Positions 47,785 to 62,356 of a stretch of DNA of 64,000 nucleotides are shown piece after piece. Position 1 is the stretch's first letter. Each line of letters opens with the position of its first letter. The DNA is from Pelomyxa schiedti (Eukaryota > Protista > Evosea). The stretch lies in assembly GCA_020536535.1 (NCBI GenBank), contig JAHLWZ010000822.1:1-64000 (forward strand), read 5' to 3'. Both the position numbers and the translations under genes were made by a program. The notes under the pieces were generated by a model. That model did no database searches, was not told the origin of the DNA, and saw only the letters and a list, made by a program, of their open reading frames with translations.

Positions 47785-50700
47785 TTAATCGAAAAGCCCA
47801 AAGTCAAAGGTCTCCGTTTCTTCCTCTATGTCATGGCTTACAGGTGCTGGCTTGGGCTCAGGCTTTTTTCCTTTTGTTGGTTTGCTGTCGATTTCTTCGT
47901 CAAATAAACCCAGATTCGAGCTTTCATCTTCGCTGTCGGGCTCTGGTATCTTAGGCTTTTCTTCACGTGGCTCCTTTGGTTTGTGGTCATCTTCATCGTC
48001 ATCGTCAAATAGGTCAAAGCCTGCCAGAGGGTCTTCTTTTTCACCCGGTGTTCCCTGCACTAATTCTGCTTCGGGTTCATCCTCGCCGAATAGGTCCGCA
48101 TTGTCGGGGTCTTCGTCTACTTTTTTGGGTGCTGGTGATGGTTTCTTCGCTTTCACAGATGGTTCCAGCTTTGAATCAGAAGCAGATTCCTTGTGTACCG
48201 CCCACTGATCCAGTTCCTTGTCCAATTCATCTGTAGTGGGTTTCTTGAAGGAGTTCTTCACCCTGGCTTTTGCTTCTTCAATCCTCTTGGGAATTTCAGC
48301 CAGCATTGCTTCTTGGGAGGCCCGGGCTGCAGCTAAAGCAGCAGGAGGATCGGAAGGCAGTCCTCGCCTCAACCCAAAGGTAACTTGAGCAAGTGTGGGA
48401 AGAACATCCCCAACGCAGAGAGTTGCACATAGCCCTGGCCTTCCGAATCTTCCCGTGCGGCAGGCACGGTGAATATAGTGTGTGCGTGTTGGTGCCACCC
48501 CGTAGTTCACAACTAAGCCAACTGTGGGGATATCAAGACCACGTGCAGCATCATCCGTACACAACAGCAAGACAGCTTTCCCACTTCGGAACTCCTCGAG
48601 GGCGGTTCTGCGAGAAGTTTGCGCCATACTACCGTGCAGGGCAGCGTAAGAAAATCCTGCGTCTTGTTTGATTTTTTCGGGAAGGAAATCGGCGTTTCTG
48701 TGGGAAAGTTGATGGGGGGGAAACAAAAAAAGAGGGAATGGTTACTTGACAGAACAGAAAATTATGCATGACGAGAAACGTGAAGAGTTGGAGTGCAAAA
48801 AGTGCAGTAGGCTTGTTGGCATCTCTTCTTCATTTGGACACAAAACAACCTTGTGCTCAATAGACTCCGGTATGAGATCTTTTGTAGGTACGGTCGAGGG
48901 CTCAAAAACGTAATTCTTTGCGTTGGAGACAGTGGTGCCCACAAATATAACAGGTCCTTTGGAAAGATCCTCAAGCAATCTCCGAAGCTTCAGAACAGTC
49001 AATAAAGTTAAAGAAATAACTAGCCAACCTCATTGAATTTATAGTCTTGGATCATCAAATCAAATTCGTCATAGACCACTGCAGCTTGGAAACTCAAAAA
49101 TAAAAGTCGATTGTTAAGCATATGTTTGACCCTTCCAGGTGTACCAACAACAACGTGACCAGAGATTAACTGTATTTTAGTAAACCTAAGAAGAGTTCTT
49201 AAGATTACCTTTCGAGGTACCGAATCTCCTCCTGTAAGTAAAACTACTTTCACTTCTGAAAGGTTGGCAGCAATTTTGGACGCTACGTCATGCACCTGGG
49301 AAGCAAGCTCTCGTGTGGGCGTTATAATAAGCGCTTGGCACAGATTTTTCTTTGGTGAAAGCTTGTGCAAAATTGGTACAAGATACGCCAAAGTCTTCCC
49401 ACTGCCACCGGGTCCCTGAATAACTGGAGGGCAGTATTCAGGCCATCCGTCGATCATTTTGGAAATAATCTGTTGTGTTTGGGACGGCTTGTCGAAACCT
49501 TGTAGCGACCTGCACAGACTTAGTTACATAAAACAAAGATTTGACATACAAAGCACGAACAAGTTTGCCTCTCAGCCCAAAATCAGCAAACGAGGATTTC
49601 AAAGACGCCTCGGTTTCAGCCTTGGTTTCTTCCACTGGCGCCTCCATAGGAATGTCAAGGAGGGACTCTTTACAAGACAGTGTGAATTTAAAAGAACAGG
49701 GGAAGATATTCAAACCTGGATTGTACTGGAGACGGTCACGAGGTTGAACAAATGATGGTAGTACTTCCAATGAAGGATGTCCAATTGGCACGCGAGGTCT
49801 TCTCATGCGAAAAGGGGGTGGCATTTGCGGTCTGATACTTGGCGGCATGCCAGGTATTGCTTGCATAGGTTGCCTAAGATACGGAGGAACCTGGAGTCGG
49901 GGCCTTCGTAAAAATGAAGGGGGGTCAACAGGAATAGGTGGATGCAAGCTAGGAGGTTCTCGAATCCCATAGGCGGATATTAGCGAGGGAGGGATATTAA
50001 AAGGTAAAGCCGGTGGAGGAGGAAATGGTTCGTCCAAGGCAGGGGGAGGGGGTAATGGCATATCCATTGGAGAAATCCCGAACCGACGAGCTCTTAGTGC
50101 AAACCTTGAGGGGTCTGTCGGGGTAACCAGGGGTCCTACAGGCGGAAAATCTGATGCAAAGGGTGGTGGCGGTCGTGGTACCCGCCCAGACATTTGACGT
50201 TGTGGCTCCCACCTAGGCCTTTGAATTTGTGGTCGCGGTATTGGCTGCCAGGAGTCATCTGGTACAGGGAGGTGACCTGATGGGACATTCCAAAGCAGGT
50301 TGTCTGGATTTTCGGTCTCCGTTGACTTACTTTCGGTATTTGCTGGTAAATCGGGGGTGTCTGAAGGGGAGCCACGAGTTGTCTTTGGTTTTGCGGATGC
50401 ACCGAATTTTGAGGTTTTAGGTGCGTCTTCGACTACTGGTTCTGGCGGTGGATCAGAGATTAAGTTGGAGTTTTCCAGTATCTTGACTACTTCATTACTG
50501 TCAACTCGGACTTTTTTACGTAAAGCCGTGAGTTGATTGGCAACGTGCTGCCATTTAGTAACGCACATGTGGAGATTGTGATTAGACAACCAATCCAAAA
50601 CAACCTGGGGAATTTCGACACTTCCATCCACACGATGTTGTAGGGCCATTGCGTTGCGCTTTCGATCCTCTTTCTCTTTGTTATAGGAGAAGCAGACTTG

Positions 50701-51952
50701 TCGGCAGGTTGGGCACGGGAACACCCAGCCCCGCCGGATGACTTCCTTGAGCACAGGTTCCGCGTTGAAAGGCAGTTGTATCTCACACATGCCCTTTATT
50801 GCTGAAGCTAATTGCTCTTTGGTCTTGGGGAGCTTTCCAGTTGGCAAGTTGCGCCTGATGAAGTCCTGCGCCCGACTACAAGCTTGGTCGAGTGCGGGCA
50901 ATGGAGGGGGGAAAGGAGGGAACGATAGATTCGTAGTTTCATTCTCTTGTTTGAGAATGTCGTTGATGTAGGCCAGAAACAGCTGCGAGTCCAAGACACT
51001 GGATTCCTCAGTTGCTTCTTCCTCTTCCTCGCCTTCCTTACCTTCCTTACTAGAATCATCTGTTTCTTCTTTGGTCTCGGCGTTATTTTCAGGTTCCTTT
51101 TTTTCCCCCGCTTCTTTGGGAGGTTCAGAAGCGGCCTTCTCACTGGGACTTTCTTCCACAGTCTTTCCGGCAATCTTGGAGAAGGGGATAACATGGAATT
51201 CCTTCCCTGTGGGAAGAGCCGTTTTTGCTGCTTTGGAGTTTGTTCCACAGTAGAACAAAAGTTGGCTGGCTGAGACTTTAGATGTCAAAGCAGTGACAAC
51301 CTGTTAAAGTTAACCGACATTAAGGATGCAAGGGGGCCAACCTTTTTGCGGATTTCGGTGCGTGAGGACTCCCTAAAGCGGATAAGAATTCTATTACCCT
51401 TATCAGATGAAGTAAGTTCGCCTTTGATAGTCCTCTTGCACTCATCACAAATCTTGAAGGAAGTCAGCGAAATTAAAGGATGAAAATGTGCAACCGGCTG
51501 AAAGTTGAACTTTCTGTTACGTGGAACAATGACACAAACAAAAACAGCATCAGGCAGTGGGGAGAACAAGAGCTGGGGAACAATTGGTTGCAAGTGAGGG
51601 TCACTTGGTTGCTGGTAACGGAACATTAGGGGACAAAAACAAGAAGAAAGGGGAGAAAAAAAAAAAAGGTTAATACCTCGGGTATTTCTATCAACACAAT
51701 GCACCTCACATCGCTACCCTGACATCCCTCCAGCTTTGTCTCCAGGGCTGCGGAAGAAGATTCCTTTCCGTCGGCGGGCTTTTCCTCCGATGGGGCATCT
51801 CTCTCGGCCGGCGACCGCGACCTAGATCTGGATCTAGATCGCTGTCTCAGGACCACGCGCCTGGGAGGCTGCGGTATTGGTCGTCTTGGATACGAAGATC
51901 TCTTTGGCGAGCTGTAGCTACCCCTACCACGTGCGCGTCCGCGTCCTGACAT
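47785..51952 (-). CDS. Divergent DEAD-box (DEFD) RNA helicase with RS/RG-rich and Pro-rich N-terminal extension and acidic tail
   Basis: Q motif FADFGL..GFDKPSQTQ, GPGGSGKT, PTRELASQV, GTPGRV, YDEFD, IIFC, LHGSM, ARGLDI, HRACRTGRFG. Confidence 0.82.
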
Positions 51953-52227
51953 TTATGCTTGTTATTGTTTGGTTTTTGTTGTTGTTTTTTTGTGTCTTTT
52001 TGTGCTGCCGAACGCGTAGTGTTTGACAGAAAATTTGATGTCGGTTTTTTTTTATTTGCTATCAGCTTTAAGAAACTCGCACATCAAAGAAACTACGGAA
52101 AAAGGAAAAAGGCGAAAAAAATGAAAAGGAACAGCTTGATTCGGGAGTGGGAAAGTTTTCTTTTCTGGACAAAATGGTGTTTGTTGATTACATGACAGTC
52201 AAAGGAACGTGGTCAGGCCCAAGGCAG

Positions 52228-53089
52228 TTAGCCAATGGGTTTAATCTGAGAATGGAAAAGTTAGGTGGTGGTGGTGGTGGATTCGAAAACAAAATATAAA
52301 AATCCTTTGGTTGCGGGATTTATAAACTATAAAGATACTAGAATTCCGGTTGAGCGGAAATTACTTATTATTATGTCTCACATAAACTTATAATAAGGAA
52401 GAATTTACTGACCTTGAAGTGAAGTGAGATCAGTGAAAAGACAAAGCACTTGAGGTCTTGGACAAGGTAGTAGAATAATCTCAGTCCCTCAGGATCCTGG
52501 CTCTCTTGAACATCTATGAGTGACCCAATTTTCGATGTCTTTGTTTTGTGTAGGTTAGAAGATACTGTAAATTTTGAACTTATTATCCGCACCACAAAGG
52601 AGATGTGCTCATTGCCCATGACAATTTCCAATTCTTGTTTGCCACCCACATCGGGAAGGGGCCACAAATTATCGTCTTCCCTGGTAAAAGTAAGTGCAAC
52701 AATAACATTGACGCGAGGGCATACATACTTCATAATTTCGCTTTCCTCGATGACTCGCTTTAACTCCTTGAGCACGGCATCACTACAGTACACTACGAGT
52801 GTTGCATGCAGTGAGTGCATACGAAATGAGAGACGAGAGAGTTGTGAAGTGCCAACCTTTCTTTCTGATCATAAGTTCGTTCTTGTAGTGCGAATTGTTT
52901 GCATATCGTAGCTCGTTGTTGGGTCTGAACTCAAACTCCAAAAATTCGTGCCCGAACTTCCCCTTGTGGCCCACACTAACAAAAAAAAAAAAAAAGTAGC
53001 GTCGTTGGTATCCACAACCAGAGAAAACAAAAAAGAGCGCCAAAGGGATCAGGTCGTTACTAGTATCGAACGTAAAAATCCTCATCCAT
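52228..53089 (-). CDS. MAGO: Mago nashi (exon junction complex core)
   Basis: [86 protein letters not shown]. Confidence 0.97.
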
Positions 53090-53415
53090 GGCCACAGCAC
53101 CAAAGTTTCTTTTTTTTTTTTTGTTTTATGTCTTGGACCCAAAATTTTCCTTTAGTCGGCAACTGTAGGTTCGAACTTGTGGATTGAGGAAGCCCACTGT
53201 AGTCACATCACAGCCGTTGTCCTTCATCGTTCAGGACGTCGACTGTCAATGCCGATCTCCATTCCCCACAAATCTCTTGTTTCATCTCGAAGGGTTTTTT
53301 CAGGTGTGCCTTCGACACAAGGGGAAAAAAAAAACAAAACAAAAGCAAGCAACACACCGGAAAGCTACAACACCGCTATCTCTCCACAGTGAACTGATTA
53401 GCCCATAATTTCGAA

Positions 53416-55141
<1,726 letters not shown>

Positions 55142-55347
55142 TTGTTTTCACTTAGCACCTGTACAAGTCGAACACCCACAAAACCCTTCTTCCAACAAGA
55201 ACCGTTGTTGCATAACCCCACGCGGTTCTCTTTGTTTCAACACCGAATTCCCCATGAATCGTTCCTACTGTGCACAAAAAGGATTTTCTTACGAAAGAGG
55301 TTACAGTTACCCTAACAATTAAAAAAAAAGGAAATCCAAATCGCGAG

Positions 55348-57123
55348 ATGGCAGCAACAGCCGCGCCGGTGATGGGGCACGACCGGGGAGTAGCGTCAAT
55401 GTTGTTCAAGACAGCGTTTTTCGCAGGCAGGGAGCCGGAATCCATAACCCCGGCAATTAGAGAGTTGGTGGCAGATGTGTGCGCCCTCACCCCATTCGAA
55501 AAAAGAGCAATGTCGGGACCTTGTCAGATAGAAACAATTCGCATGAGAGAATTCATGGCCAGGTTGGCCTTTTTTTTTTTTTTTTTTTTTGTTTTGTTTT
55601 GTTTTCCCTTTTCTCTTTTCTCTTTCTCTTGTTTTTCCTCCCACTAATAAGAAGTAGGGCTTTTCAGAAAAAAACCTTACAGGAGGAGTTTGTACAGGGC
55701 GTTAAAGCGTTTGCACTTGGGAAGGAAATTAAGGATTTGGAGGATACAGAGCCTGTTCAATTTGGACTGGACAGGGACCCTTGCAAATACGTTTTACTTG
55801 GTGATTTCCATATGTTTTTTCCCCCTAAAATTCCCATTTTTCAACTAATTCCGTACACTCCAAAAAATACCAGGGAGTGAAATAAAACAACTTGCATCAA
55901 CCTACCGTGTTTTTGTTCCCGAGTCACTCTTCCCTGGTACTGCTGGCAATGATTTAATTTTGAAGTGTTTGGGTGGATTTTCTGACCGTGGTACTAGACC
56001 CAAACACTCTTTATCCCGTGCTCAAGTCAACATAGGTGAAGACGCTTGGTTAATGAAATTTGTTGTCAGAGTTTCTGAGAATCCCATTCTACTGGAATTT
56101 GACGGGCGAGTTATAGAGAGGATGCCTGGTACTGAAATAGGAACCATCTTCCTGTATGCCCCCTTATTGCCTGGCTTTCCTGTATTCAGTCTTGGTTAGC
56201 GTTTCTGTTTGTGGAATGGACTTCGCATGTCGTGATCATGACATTGATGATATTCATCACTACATAACAAACTGGCAGAACGTGTTCGATTTATATTCTG
56301 ACAGGGTTGACGTGTTTAAGGTGCGTCATATTGCAGATTTCCTTTTTAACACACAATAGAGCGCTGAAGTTCCTGCCATTGCTCATGAAAATCCTCGTGA
56401 CTTTTCAATCAGATGGAGGCACCCTGCTGTACAAGTACATTCATTCAAATGGTGAAGTGTGCCATTAACGTGGTTTAGTTGGATGGAGCCAAATTTGTAG
56501 CTGATGTAAAGCGAATGACTCATCTCCGGTTCACAGCAATGTGTGAACTTCATGTCCAAGTGGCAGTTGAAGTGGCTGTTGGATTGGGGGTGTTTGCAGG
56601 TGATGCACTAGGTATCGCAGAGCAGGTACGAGAACTTTCCGCTACTGCATACCGTGATGTCTTGCAAGAAAACACATACCCTGGCCTGCTATTAGTTATT
56701 CTGGCCTTACCAATTTTCCGTGCTCGAGACAACTATTTCTTCTTCGAGAAAGCATTCGCAACCTACACCGGAGCAGTCCCAGTACTCATAGTTGATCAGG
56801 TCAGAACAGTTCGTACCTCACAGAAGTTTATTGCTAAATCATTGTAGGACATGCATAAAGTCGCCCGTGTTTGTGCAGTAAAGAATGGTGCAAAACGGTT
56901 TATCACAAGTGAACTGAACCCAGGGGATTCACACGGAGTTTTTGGTAACCAAACATCAGTCCTGGTTCTTTCCACCTAACCACAGAAAGGTGAATACTGG
57001 GAGAATTTCGGACCCGGCACGGAAGAAAAGCTTGCCCTCACTACACTGGGCCTCCTTACACAACACCATGCTGTTAATCCGCGTGTACTGGATCCCACAT
57101 GCATAACCAAACTAAACTTGTGA
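55348..57123 (+). CDS. Uncharacterised protein, probable divergent macrodomain (MavL/DUF4804-like)
   Basis: Multi-exon ORF chain containing AVGLGVFAG, NPGDSHGVFGEYWEN and EEKLALTTLGLLTQHHAVNP. The coding region is well supported; the family call rests on motif similarity only. Confidence 0.55.
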
Positions 57124-57165
57124 GACACCAAACAAGACAAGCATTGACCCAATCAATCCAACATG

Positions 57166-58497
57166 TCAAAATGGTTCTGTGTTATATACAAAAGAAAGGT
57201 CCAATGGCCCAACAGTGAAGTCACCAACATGGAACCCTGTTACTCCATCCCGCACACTGAATTGCCACTCCCCACTGTTGTCCAGTTCCTTGTCCTTCTG
57301 ATGTGTTGTATAGGCAATCAGTCCACACGGTTGTTTGCTTGTGCATGCCCAAGAGCATGGAATGCAAAGGGAGGGTGCAGCCAAGTAGTTTCCAGTGTTA
57401 TAAACCTCAAATCTATGGTCTCCAACAGTTACGAAGGCGTGGCTCCTGCCAATTGGTGTGACTTCAGAGAGCTGTGGAAACCGGTAGTGCTTGCCGGTAC
57501 CACCACTCGGAGTTGGGTTCCGTTCTACAAGGTATGTACAACAGGGTTCTGATTTGTGGAGGTTCAGTGTCGCAAGGGAACCATCGGGCATCCAAAATAC
57601 ACCGCGTAGGCATGGCCATTGATCGCCGCACGCAACCTTCAGAGTTACAACTACCTCACGTGTTCGGAAGCTTTCAGCCAAGTCGATGAATGTGACAGAA
57701 CTCTGAGCCTCGGGCGTGTTTTCGTTTTCCCTCAGCACAATCACAACATCATCACACAGCGGCGAGAACTCCACCCTCCCCGGCTCGATTCCGTCATCCT
57801 GCCACAACTCCGGGTCGACTCCAACAACAGCACCGCAGTCAGAAGAAGAAGAAGAAGAAGAAGAAGAAGAAGCAGCAGCAACTTTCCAAACACGGAGTAG
57901 CGCGCTGTCCCCGGTCTCCAGCACCACAATCCACCTCCTGTTGCACATGACCCACCCGCAGCCGCACTCCACGCGGAATCCCGGGAGCTCGGCGTAATCG
58001 CCGTCGTCGTCGAGCAGCGACGCCAGGTTCTTGACGTAGTAGTGCTCGCCGGCGTCGTGCCTCTGCCTTTTGCACAGGACCATGCCCGGGCCCACGCACC
58101 CGGCCGCGCCCCTGCTGATGAAGCACCCATGGCTGACAAACCCCAGCGTCGGAGACACGCTCACGTGCAAGTAGTGCTCGACCCCGTAGGTCCCGCCGGT
58201 GCCGCCGAGAAAAGGCAGCCTGAACACGGCATCGGTGGCAGGCCTGAGGACCCACTCCTGCGCCCACGCCCTGAACAGCGCAGAGGACTGGGCCCAGACG
58301 ACCATCGACGGGGCTGGTGCGCATGCGCTGCCGTGGCTGGATCGGCTGCGCCGCCGCGGGGGGGGCCTCACGATTCCTGCACAGCAGACGGCCGTCGCTT
58401 GTGACTTGGCTGTTGTAACCACATCGGCGCGCGACGGCACGAAACTGGAAGATAAACCGTGGGGCCGTGGGCGGTGTTTGCTGTTTGATTCGCCCAT
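57166..58497 (-). CDS. Intronless hypothetical protein with possible N-myristoylation (MGESNS), lineage-specific family style
   Basis: Uninterrupted ~443-aa ORF, GC-rich. Contains WVMCNRRWIVV and a poly-Ser tract. Confidence 0.7.
   Translation of the reverse strand: MGESNSKHRPRPHGLSSSFVPSRADVVTTAKSQATAVCCAGIVRPPPRRRSRSSHGSACAPAPSMVVWAQSSALFRAWAQEWVLRPATDAVFRLPFLGGTGGTYGVEHYLHVSVSPTLGFVSHGCFISRGAAGCVGPGMVLCKRQRHDAGEHYYVKNLASLLDDDGDYAELPGFRVECGCGWVMCNRRWIVVLETGDSALLRVWKVAAASSSSSSSSSSDCGAVVGVDPELWQDDGIEPGRVEFSPLCDDVVIVLRENENTPEAQSSVTFIDLAESFRTREVVVTLKVACGDQWPCLRGVFWMPDGSLATLNLHKSEPCCTYLVERNPTPSGGTGKHYRFPQLSEVTPIGRSHAFVTVGDHRFEVYNTGNYLAAPSLCIPCSWACTSKQPCGLIAYTTHQKDKELDNSGEWQFSVRDGVTGFHVGDFTVGPLDLSFVYNTEPF
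57841..57870. repeat. (GAA)n microsatellite encoding poly-Ser on the minus strand
   Basis: About ten AGA/GAA units followed by (GCA)3. Confidence 0.9.
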
Positions 58498-58534
58498 TTC
58501 CGAGAAGACTCTTTTTTTTTTCTCCTTCTCGTTT

Positions 58535-61500
58535 TTATGTGTGGTGGGCACCAAAAGAACGGAATTGGGTAACCATTGAGGGTGTGATTTGCGGTGGGTC
58601 CATTGCTGCGAGTGCTGCCTTGAAGTGTGATTCTTCAACCTAGTAAGGAGTTGTGTGAGTGCTCGAGTGAGTGACATAATAAATAGTTAATGTATGTTTC
58701 AGAAAACAGCAAACCTGTGTGGCCTCGAGGCTGCTCCGAATTGCAAGAATTGCTGCTGAACGGCAAAGCCCAGCAAGCTCAGCTCCACTGTAACCTTCTG
58801 TAATGACGGCCAGTTGGTGCAGGTCCACAGAGGGGCTGCATGGAGTTTTGGCCAGATGTATTTTCAGTATGGCTTCCCGGGACTGCAAGTCAGGTGGACC
58901 AACATACAGAACCCGGTCAATTCTGCCTGGCCGCAGTAGAGCTGCATCCTGGGGTTTGTTTTTTTTCAGTGATTTTTCCCGAGATACGCGAGTTGGTGTG
59001 TTACCACGAGGTCGGGTCTGTTTGTTGCGGCTACTACTGCAACCCCCCTGAGTGTCTGAACACCGTCCATTTCAACCAGCATCTGGCTCATAATTCTATC
59101 ATTTACAGCTGTAACTCCTCTTTCAGAACCAAACATTCCATCCAGTTCATCCTTTAGAAATGGGAATTGAGAGGGAAGAAGGGCAAGCATACAAAAAAAA
59201 GGATGGAAGGTGCATTTTGCCTGGCCTTTTTAAACACGTCGCTAATTGCCTTTTCTGATTCACCCACATATTTTTTAAGAAGCTGGAAAGTGAAGGTCAA
59301 AACTGGAAAGAAAAGGAAACATTTTTCACCTGTGGTCCTTTCACGGCAATGAAGTTAAGGTGTGACTCGGTGGCCAGAGCCTGAGCAAGTAAAGTTTTTG
59401 AACATCCTGGAGGCCCATAAAGAAGAACTCCAGAAGGAGGTTTTATTCCCATCCTCATGAATGCCTCTGCATGCTGTAATTTCACAACTGTGAAATGATA
59501 AGACAAAACAAAGAGAGAACCTTAATTGGCCAATCAATAACTTCTGTCAACTGCTGTTTGATGGAATCATGGCCTCCGATATCACTCCATCTAACGTTGG
59601 GTACATCAATTAATACCTTGTGTCATTGAAATAAATCGTAGGTGTTTATTCGGACAATTTCGCTACCTCACGCATGGCACTTGGGCGGATGATTGCTTTG
59701 CCTGCAATAAAGTCATCAAGTGTAACTTGAAGGGTATTTTCCTTTGCGTCACGTGCTGCTTGTGCGTGGTCTAAAAGAGTAAATAGTAGTAAACGCAGGT
59801 GCTAAAGTTACTTTTTCTTCGTCTGATAGCGAACATGGCAGCTTCATTACATAGAGCACGCAAATCGGCCCCAACAAACCCATGTGTACCTGCTGCTAAT
59901 TGGACAATCTCGTCTGGTGTCAGGGTGTGGGGAGTATCGTGCAATAACAGTTCAAGTATTGATTGACGTGCTCTTTTATTCGGAACACCTGGATAAAATT
60001 AGAGCCAACAATAAACTCCTAGTTTTTGCTACTGATTTCAAGTTCGCGATCAAATCTTCCAGCTCTTCTAAGGGCTAGGTCAACAGTATCAAGCCTTTTA
60101 AGATGAGATAGAACAGCCCAAAGGGAGAAATAAACCTATTTGTAGTAGCAATGACAACTACTCTCGCTGCAGGCTTGACGCCATCCATCAGAGTGAGTAA
60201 TGTGGAAACAACTCTTCTCTCAACTTCATTGGTCGCCTGCATTAGGACTCTTACTGGTAAGTATGAATGCTCACGTCACACCTGGTCACGTTTTGGGCAA
60301 AGGGAGTCAATTTCATCTAACAAAACTATTGAAGGTGCATTCTGTGCAGCAGAGGAGAAGATCGCTCGAAGCTAGTTCTCGTGTGAGAGAAAGAGACAAT
60401 AAAAAGTGCAACTTTCGCCTCGCTTTCTCCAACATATTTAGACATTGTTTCCGAGCCTGATACTGAAAATAGTTTCACACCACAGTGCACTGCAGTGGAA
60501 TGTGCGAGCAAGGTTTTGCCAGTTCCAGGTGGCCCATAGAGAAGAACACCTTTTGGTGGTCTAACACCTTGGAGAATCAGTGTCACAATCACTGGTAGAC
60601 AACTTGCCTAGCTTAGGGAAGAGTTCGGAGTGAAGTAGAGGCATTTCAACAAGGTCCCGCATTACTTGAATTTCGTTATCCAGTCCTGCAATGGCAGAAA
60701 AAGCTGTAAGCTGTTCCCGGGACTGAGGGATCATAGGTGAGCCAGATGTTTGCTCTTGTGGATGCTGAGTTGCATTTGAGGGAGGGAGGTCCCCATCTGT
60801 AGTGATAGTGATGGTTGCATCTGGGAGTACAACAAATGCTTGTTGTTCTCTAACATTTGTGAGAAACCTTTCACAAGTTTAAAAAAAGAAAATATAACTC
60901 AAAAGCGGGCAAAGAGTTTTCTATCCGGAACGGAATCTTCTGTGCCAGAATAGGAACTGAGACCGTAGTCCCAGATTGAGGCAAGACTTGAGAATAAAGG
61001 GCAGCGCCAACAAAATCACCAATCGGGGTATCCTTCAATCTATCTTGATCGTTTTACAAAGTGAAAGGGAAAAAAAAGAAGGGTGGGAAAAAAAAAACCG
61101 TGCTAATACCAGGTAATTCGCGAAGAGGTTTTGCCGTCAATGAAAAGGAGTAACAAGGTGGATACGCAAGAAGCTCAACCAAAGCATGCTCACCAGGAGT
61201 GATATCACACTTGACACAAGTAGCAATGTCCATGGATATGCCTTGTGTAAACACCGCATGAGTGAGTTTTATTCTCTTGCACTGGCACTATCTAGCAACA
61301 ACAAAAAAAAAAAAAAGGGAGAAACAAATTCCGCAGTGGAGAATGAACATTGCCACTAATGAAACAAATGCAATGGATACAATTTTGAGTCAGCCAATTC
61401 CCACAAGCAACAGGAACCACAACACTGGATCCAGACCAAGAACATCCACCACCTCCACTACCATCCCCATCATCACAACCACCACCACCACGTCTGCTGG

Positions 61501-61933
61501 ATTTCGAACCGGCGCCGCCGCCGGGAAACGAACCCCTGACCTCCAGCATGTCCCCGTACCCCACCCTCATCCGCGCCATCGTCGCTGGGTGAATTATGGC
61601 TACGCCCGATGGGTCGTCGGGCCTTGCTATTTTGACCTCTAGTTTGGTGCTGCTTTGCTGCTGCTCCTGTTGTTGTTGGTCGAGAGCATGTTTGTTTGAA
61701 GAAGAAGAAGAAGAGGACCGCGACGGGGAGGCGTGGTTGTTGCTTATGCGAGGAGATGACGCAGAGGAAGTGTGGGAGGACTTGGGGGCAGGGAAGGAGC
61801 TCGGAGACGGGGGAGTCGACGGAACGCGCGTCGACTTGGATGTGGGCAGTCCCGCGCCTCGCGAATGAGACGGCGGCGGGGACGAGGGCAAGTGCGGCGA
61901 CGACGAAGAAGACGGCGAACGCCGAGGTTTCAT
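58535..61933 (-). CDS. AFG2: SPATA5/AFG2 (Drg1)-like double-ring AAA+ ATPase
   Basis: D1: [34 protein letters not shown]2: [22 protein letters not shown] (the CSKT variant is typical of AFG2/SPATA5), [22 protein letters not shown]. Confidence 0.9.
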
Positions 61934-62356
61934 CAAATTGAACAGATTACCAAAATCCCAAACCAGCACACCCTGTGTTATACCGAAAAATGTATTAGAA
62001 AGGAACATGCTCGATGCAATTAGCAACAAAGTGGAGCCGCCTTGGAACTGGTGTATCCAAAAATGCTACCAAACATGTTTCTTTTTCCCCCGTGTGAACA
62101 AATGCAGTCTATACATCCATATCCCTCAAACCGAATCACTCAACTCATGTATTCTCCCTGTAGTGTGTCGATTGGCGAGTGGTGCTCTACTTTGGTTAGT
62201 GGAACTATATAATTAGAATTACTAGTTCCTACAACTGGTTTCTATTTTTGGTTTTTTGGGCCAAGTTCCATCAACCGCCTGCCAAGTTGTCACCACAAGC
62301 ACAAAAACTCACATAAAAAAAGCCTAAACAACACACACCAAAAAACACATTTCCGG

